From NCBI GenBank assembly GCA_047495785.1, contig JBLDXI010000032.1, positions 2,914,001 to 2,978,000 of the forward strand: a DNA stretch of 64,000 nt, read 5' to 3'. The notes under the pieces were generated by a model. That model saw only the letters and a program-made list of their open reading frames with translations. It was not told the origin of the DNA and made no database searches. The position numbers and the translations under genes are program-made. Of this stretch, positions 60,960-64,000 are shown piece by piece. Position 1 is the first letter of the stretch; each line of letters starts with the position of its first letter. The stretch is from Lepidodermella squamata (taxonomy: Eukaryota > Animalia > Gastrotricha).

Positions 60960-63074
60960 TCATGTTTCCTTCCGCTCGGCGACAACCAGGAAAGCTTTCT
61001 GGCAGAAAAGCGTGCATTTAGCGACTAGCATTTTGAAACTTCTCGGCTTATTCTGCCAAACAACGCCGAATAGATACGCTGGAATGCCAGTCATAACCAT
61101 AAGGAAGCCCATGAAAGCTTCTTGCGGCTTCTCGTAGATCGGCACCAGCGTTATAGCGATGGTGAAGATGACGTAGATGATGGGAATTCCGAGCCAGACT
61201 TTGAACGGGCGCTTCAAGTCGGGTCGAGTGTATCGCATGACGATTAGGCCGAGGACAGACGCGCCGATGGCGATCCAAACGATGAAGCTGCAGTAGAGGA
61301 TGAGAATGCCAATGTCACTTGAAAAGGCGAGCATTAGGGCAGATAGCAGGCCCATGACTAGAACGGCGGGAATAGGAGTTTTACGGCTATAGGACACCAT
61401 GTTAAGGAGGATGGGCATGTGGCCCTCTCGAGCGCTAACGAAAAACAATCTGCGAAAATTGCGTAAAAATTAGAGAAAATTCATTCAAACATTTTGGAAT
61501 AAAAAGAAATTAAAAATTAATTAATTAAAAATTAAAAATTGAAAATTAAATACGAAAGGGTGTGCTACGAGTAAGAAATTAGTTATCAATATTTAAAAAG
61601 AAAATTAAGACGAGGACAATAAAGACAAGGACAAATAAGGTGGGACAAATTAGGTCCTGATCCTAACCTGACCATAACCATAAATTAACCCTAACCCTAA
61701 CCCTAACCCTAATCCTAACCCTGAGCCTAACCCTAGTCTGATCCTATCCATAGCCCTAGCCCTAATCCTACCTAACCACCTTAACCTAACCTAACCTAAC
61801 CTAATCCTGATCATATCCCTAACTCTAACCCTAACCCTAACCCTAACCCTAACAACAAACCCCAATAATATCATTTATATTTATTTTATTTTTCCTATTT
61901 GTCCCGTCTTAGTTGTCCCATTATAAAATCAAAAATTAATTAATTATCTTAATTACCTGGTCTTAGGTCTTATTTGTCCTATCTTAAATGTCCCGTCGTA
62001 TTTATCTTCGTCTTATTTTTCGATTAAAAATTAAAAATTACCTTGAGCTAGTGAACAGAACTCCGTTGACAGTTCCGAAGCAAGAAAGGGAGACAAAAAC
62101 CGGCATAATCCACCACATAACGCCGTAAAGCTGTTCGCCGAACATCAGGCCAACAGCTCGCGAAAATTTAATATCCTCAGGCGAGACAGTTGTCAAATAG
62201 GCGACATTGGTGAGGACATAGATGATGATGCAGCCAACCAAACTGATGCTGATCGCCTTGGTGAGGTTCTTCTGCGGCTCTTTCAGCTCTTCAATGACGA
62301 AATTGAGGAAATTCCAGCCGTTGTAGGCGAAAAGGCCTTCGTAAATCGCGAGGGAAATTTTAGTCGGGCTTGTTTTCTCGATGCCATCCCACGGGTTAAG
62401 GAAGTACTGGTAGTGGCCGAAGCAAAGTTGAACAATGCCGGTAATAATAATCAGAATAAGCGCTAGAACTTTGGCATAGGTGAAAATGTCCTGAATTCTA
62501 GCCGTCAATCGAATGCTCCAGCAATTGACAAAGGTAATGACCAAAATACAAGCTGCGGCTAGTAGCGTGATATGGATCTGAAGGTCTGCCGTCGTAATAT
62601 CTTTCTCGCAGGAGAAAAGCGGCCGAATAACGTATTGGGCGAATGTCAGCGAGACAATAGCGATTAGGCAAGGTCGGATGACAATGACTTCGACCCACAT
62701 TCGAAGAAAGGCGAGGAAAGGACCGAAAGCCTCCATAATATAGGCATAATCGGCCCCGGATCGGGTAATTGTCATGCCAAGCTCGGCGTAGCAGTAAGCG
62801 CCCAGCATTGAAATAAATCCGCAAAATGCCCATATTATCAAGCTTAGGCCAACACTTTCCGCATTCGTCAGAACACCGCCAGGGGTGATGAAAATTCCGG
62901 ATCCTATAATTTTTTATTTAAAAAAACCAGGTCAATTTTTTACAGCTTACCGATAATGCAGCCAACGATGACAGTGCAGCCGTTGATGAGGCCCAATTTA
63001 GGCTTTAAGGTGGCTGACTCTTCATTGCTCGACTTCTCGGCGGCCGCCTTTTCAGCGTCTTTATCCGCTGTCAT
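60960..63074 (-). CDS. SLC7 L-type (LAT/y+LAT) amino-acid transporter light chain, 3 exons
   Basis: LGLINGCTVIVGCII|GSGIFITP, GAYCYAELG, SGADYAYI, GLFAYNGWNFLNFVIEELKEP, SR|LFFVSAREGH, RYTRPDLKRPFKV. Confidence 0.92.
61601..62020. mobile_element. Intronic MITE-like insertion with a core of telomere-like (CCCTAA)n/(CCTAA)n repeats
   Basis: GGACAA(A)TAA-type repeats at 61601-61657 are mirrored by TTGTCC-type repeats at 61898-62020, enclosing CCCTAA/CCTAA arrays at 61662-61852. Confidence 0.7.
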
Positions 63075-64000
63075 TCAAATTGCGGTTTGTAAATAAAATC
63101 TGTTCACGTGATATACTGCATACAACAAATCCGGTTTTATATATATTGAAAGTGAGTGAAATTCCTCTTGATATATTACTTATCAATGTTCCAGCTTATA
63201 AAGAGATAAGAAATTCAGATTAATAATACTTTCTACTGTTATCTTTCGCCGGCGTCGCCTGAGTGAGAGTGGGTTTGAAGTCTCTAGGGAAATCTTTTTG
63301 CATTAAATTAAAACAATGCATTTCGCATAAGGACGTAAATAAATCTATAAGGGTATCAATCAACTCCAAGATTTTCTTGTCATAAAGCTCAACGTGAAGG
63401 TAATAAAACGTGAACTATCGACTATAATAGTGGTTGTGTAATTGATAGGCAACCTCATTTTTCATTATACTTATTTATGTGACCTAAATGATGCAATATT
63501 ATTTTGATATAAAACGTGATAGATGGAGTAGTTCGCACTTGAATTTGGCATGCAATTAAGCTATACACGCTCTACAAGGCGTTTGCCATTGATAAAATTT
63601 TTTTACAAACTTTTAAGGTCGTTGGGGTCATGCTTTTTCCTCTCATTTCGTTATTTTGTTTTATTTCGAACATAGCTCAACAAGTGATGGGAATTACACA
63701 CGAAGAAAGCATGAAGATGGATTAAAGTAAAAAACAGAATTTTCAATATAAACAATAGGTATTCTTGTGAAAATGTGAGTAAGTAATTAGGAATATTGAC
63801 TGTCAAATTTCTCGCCTGCGAAAGACAGCTATGTTTTAGTGCCCCAGCCAGACTGAGCGGTGTAAAACAATATTTATACAGCGGCGAAGTATTTTCGCTC
63901 CAAAATTACTCGCATTACTTGAAACCACGTGGCTTGGTTCTTTCTTGGAGAAGAGCTTGATGATATTGGACGGTTTTTCATTCAACTTTCCCAATGCAAG

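Noticed and set aside
61662-61852. True telomere or chromosome end
   Set aside because: The array is short, degenerate, intronic, and flanked on both sides by exons of one intact gene.
1-64000. tRNA or rRNA genes
   Set aside because: None was recognised by eye. A covariance-model scan was not possible.

Overview
Eukaryotic, probably invertebrate, genomic DNA: AT-rich, with many 48-60 bp GT-AG introns. Host genes are a secreted LDL-receptor-class-A repeat protein, three dispersed paralogues of an intronless GPI-anchored two-domain Ly6/three-finger-like protein, a membrane-anchored SAM-dependent methyltransferase of bacterial type, three tandem TRPM-like channels, a small type-I membrane orphan and an SLC7/LAT amino-acid transporter. 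The region 4-41 kb is rich in transposon debris: MITEs, a LINE RT fragment, a dead Sola1 transposase, hAT-like remnants and a Polinton-type protease fragment. The main result is a ~9.4 kb cut-and-paste DNA transposon with ~245 bp TIRs (5'-CATGCTG...CAGCATG-3') and 2-bp target-site duplications. It is present twice: one copy (24741-34168) is inserted inside the other (16799-35679). It encodes a spliced ~753 aa RAG1/Transib/CMC-type DDE transposase. Convergent with it is an intact five-exon ~485 aa Rad21/Rec8-family cohesin alpha-kleisin with no ExxR separase motif. Three small spliced orphan genes lie between them. All gene models were assembled by eye from splice signals and frame continuity. 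Family assignments are from motif recall, not database searches.
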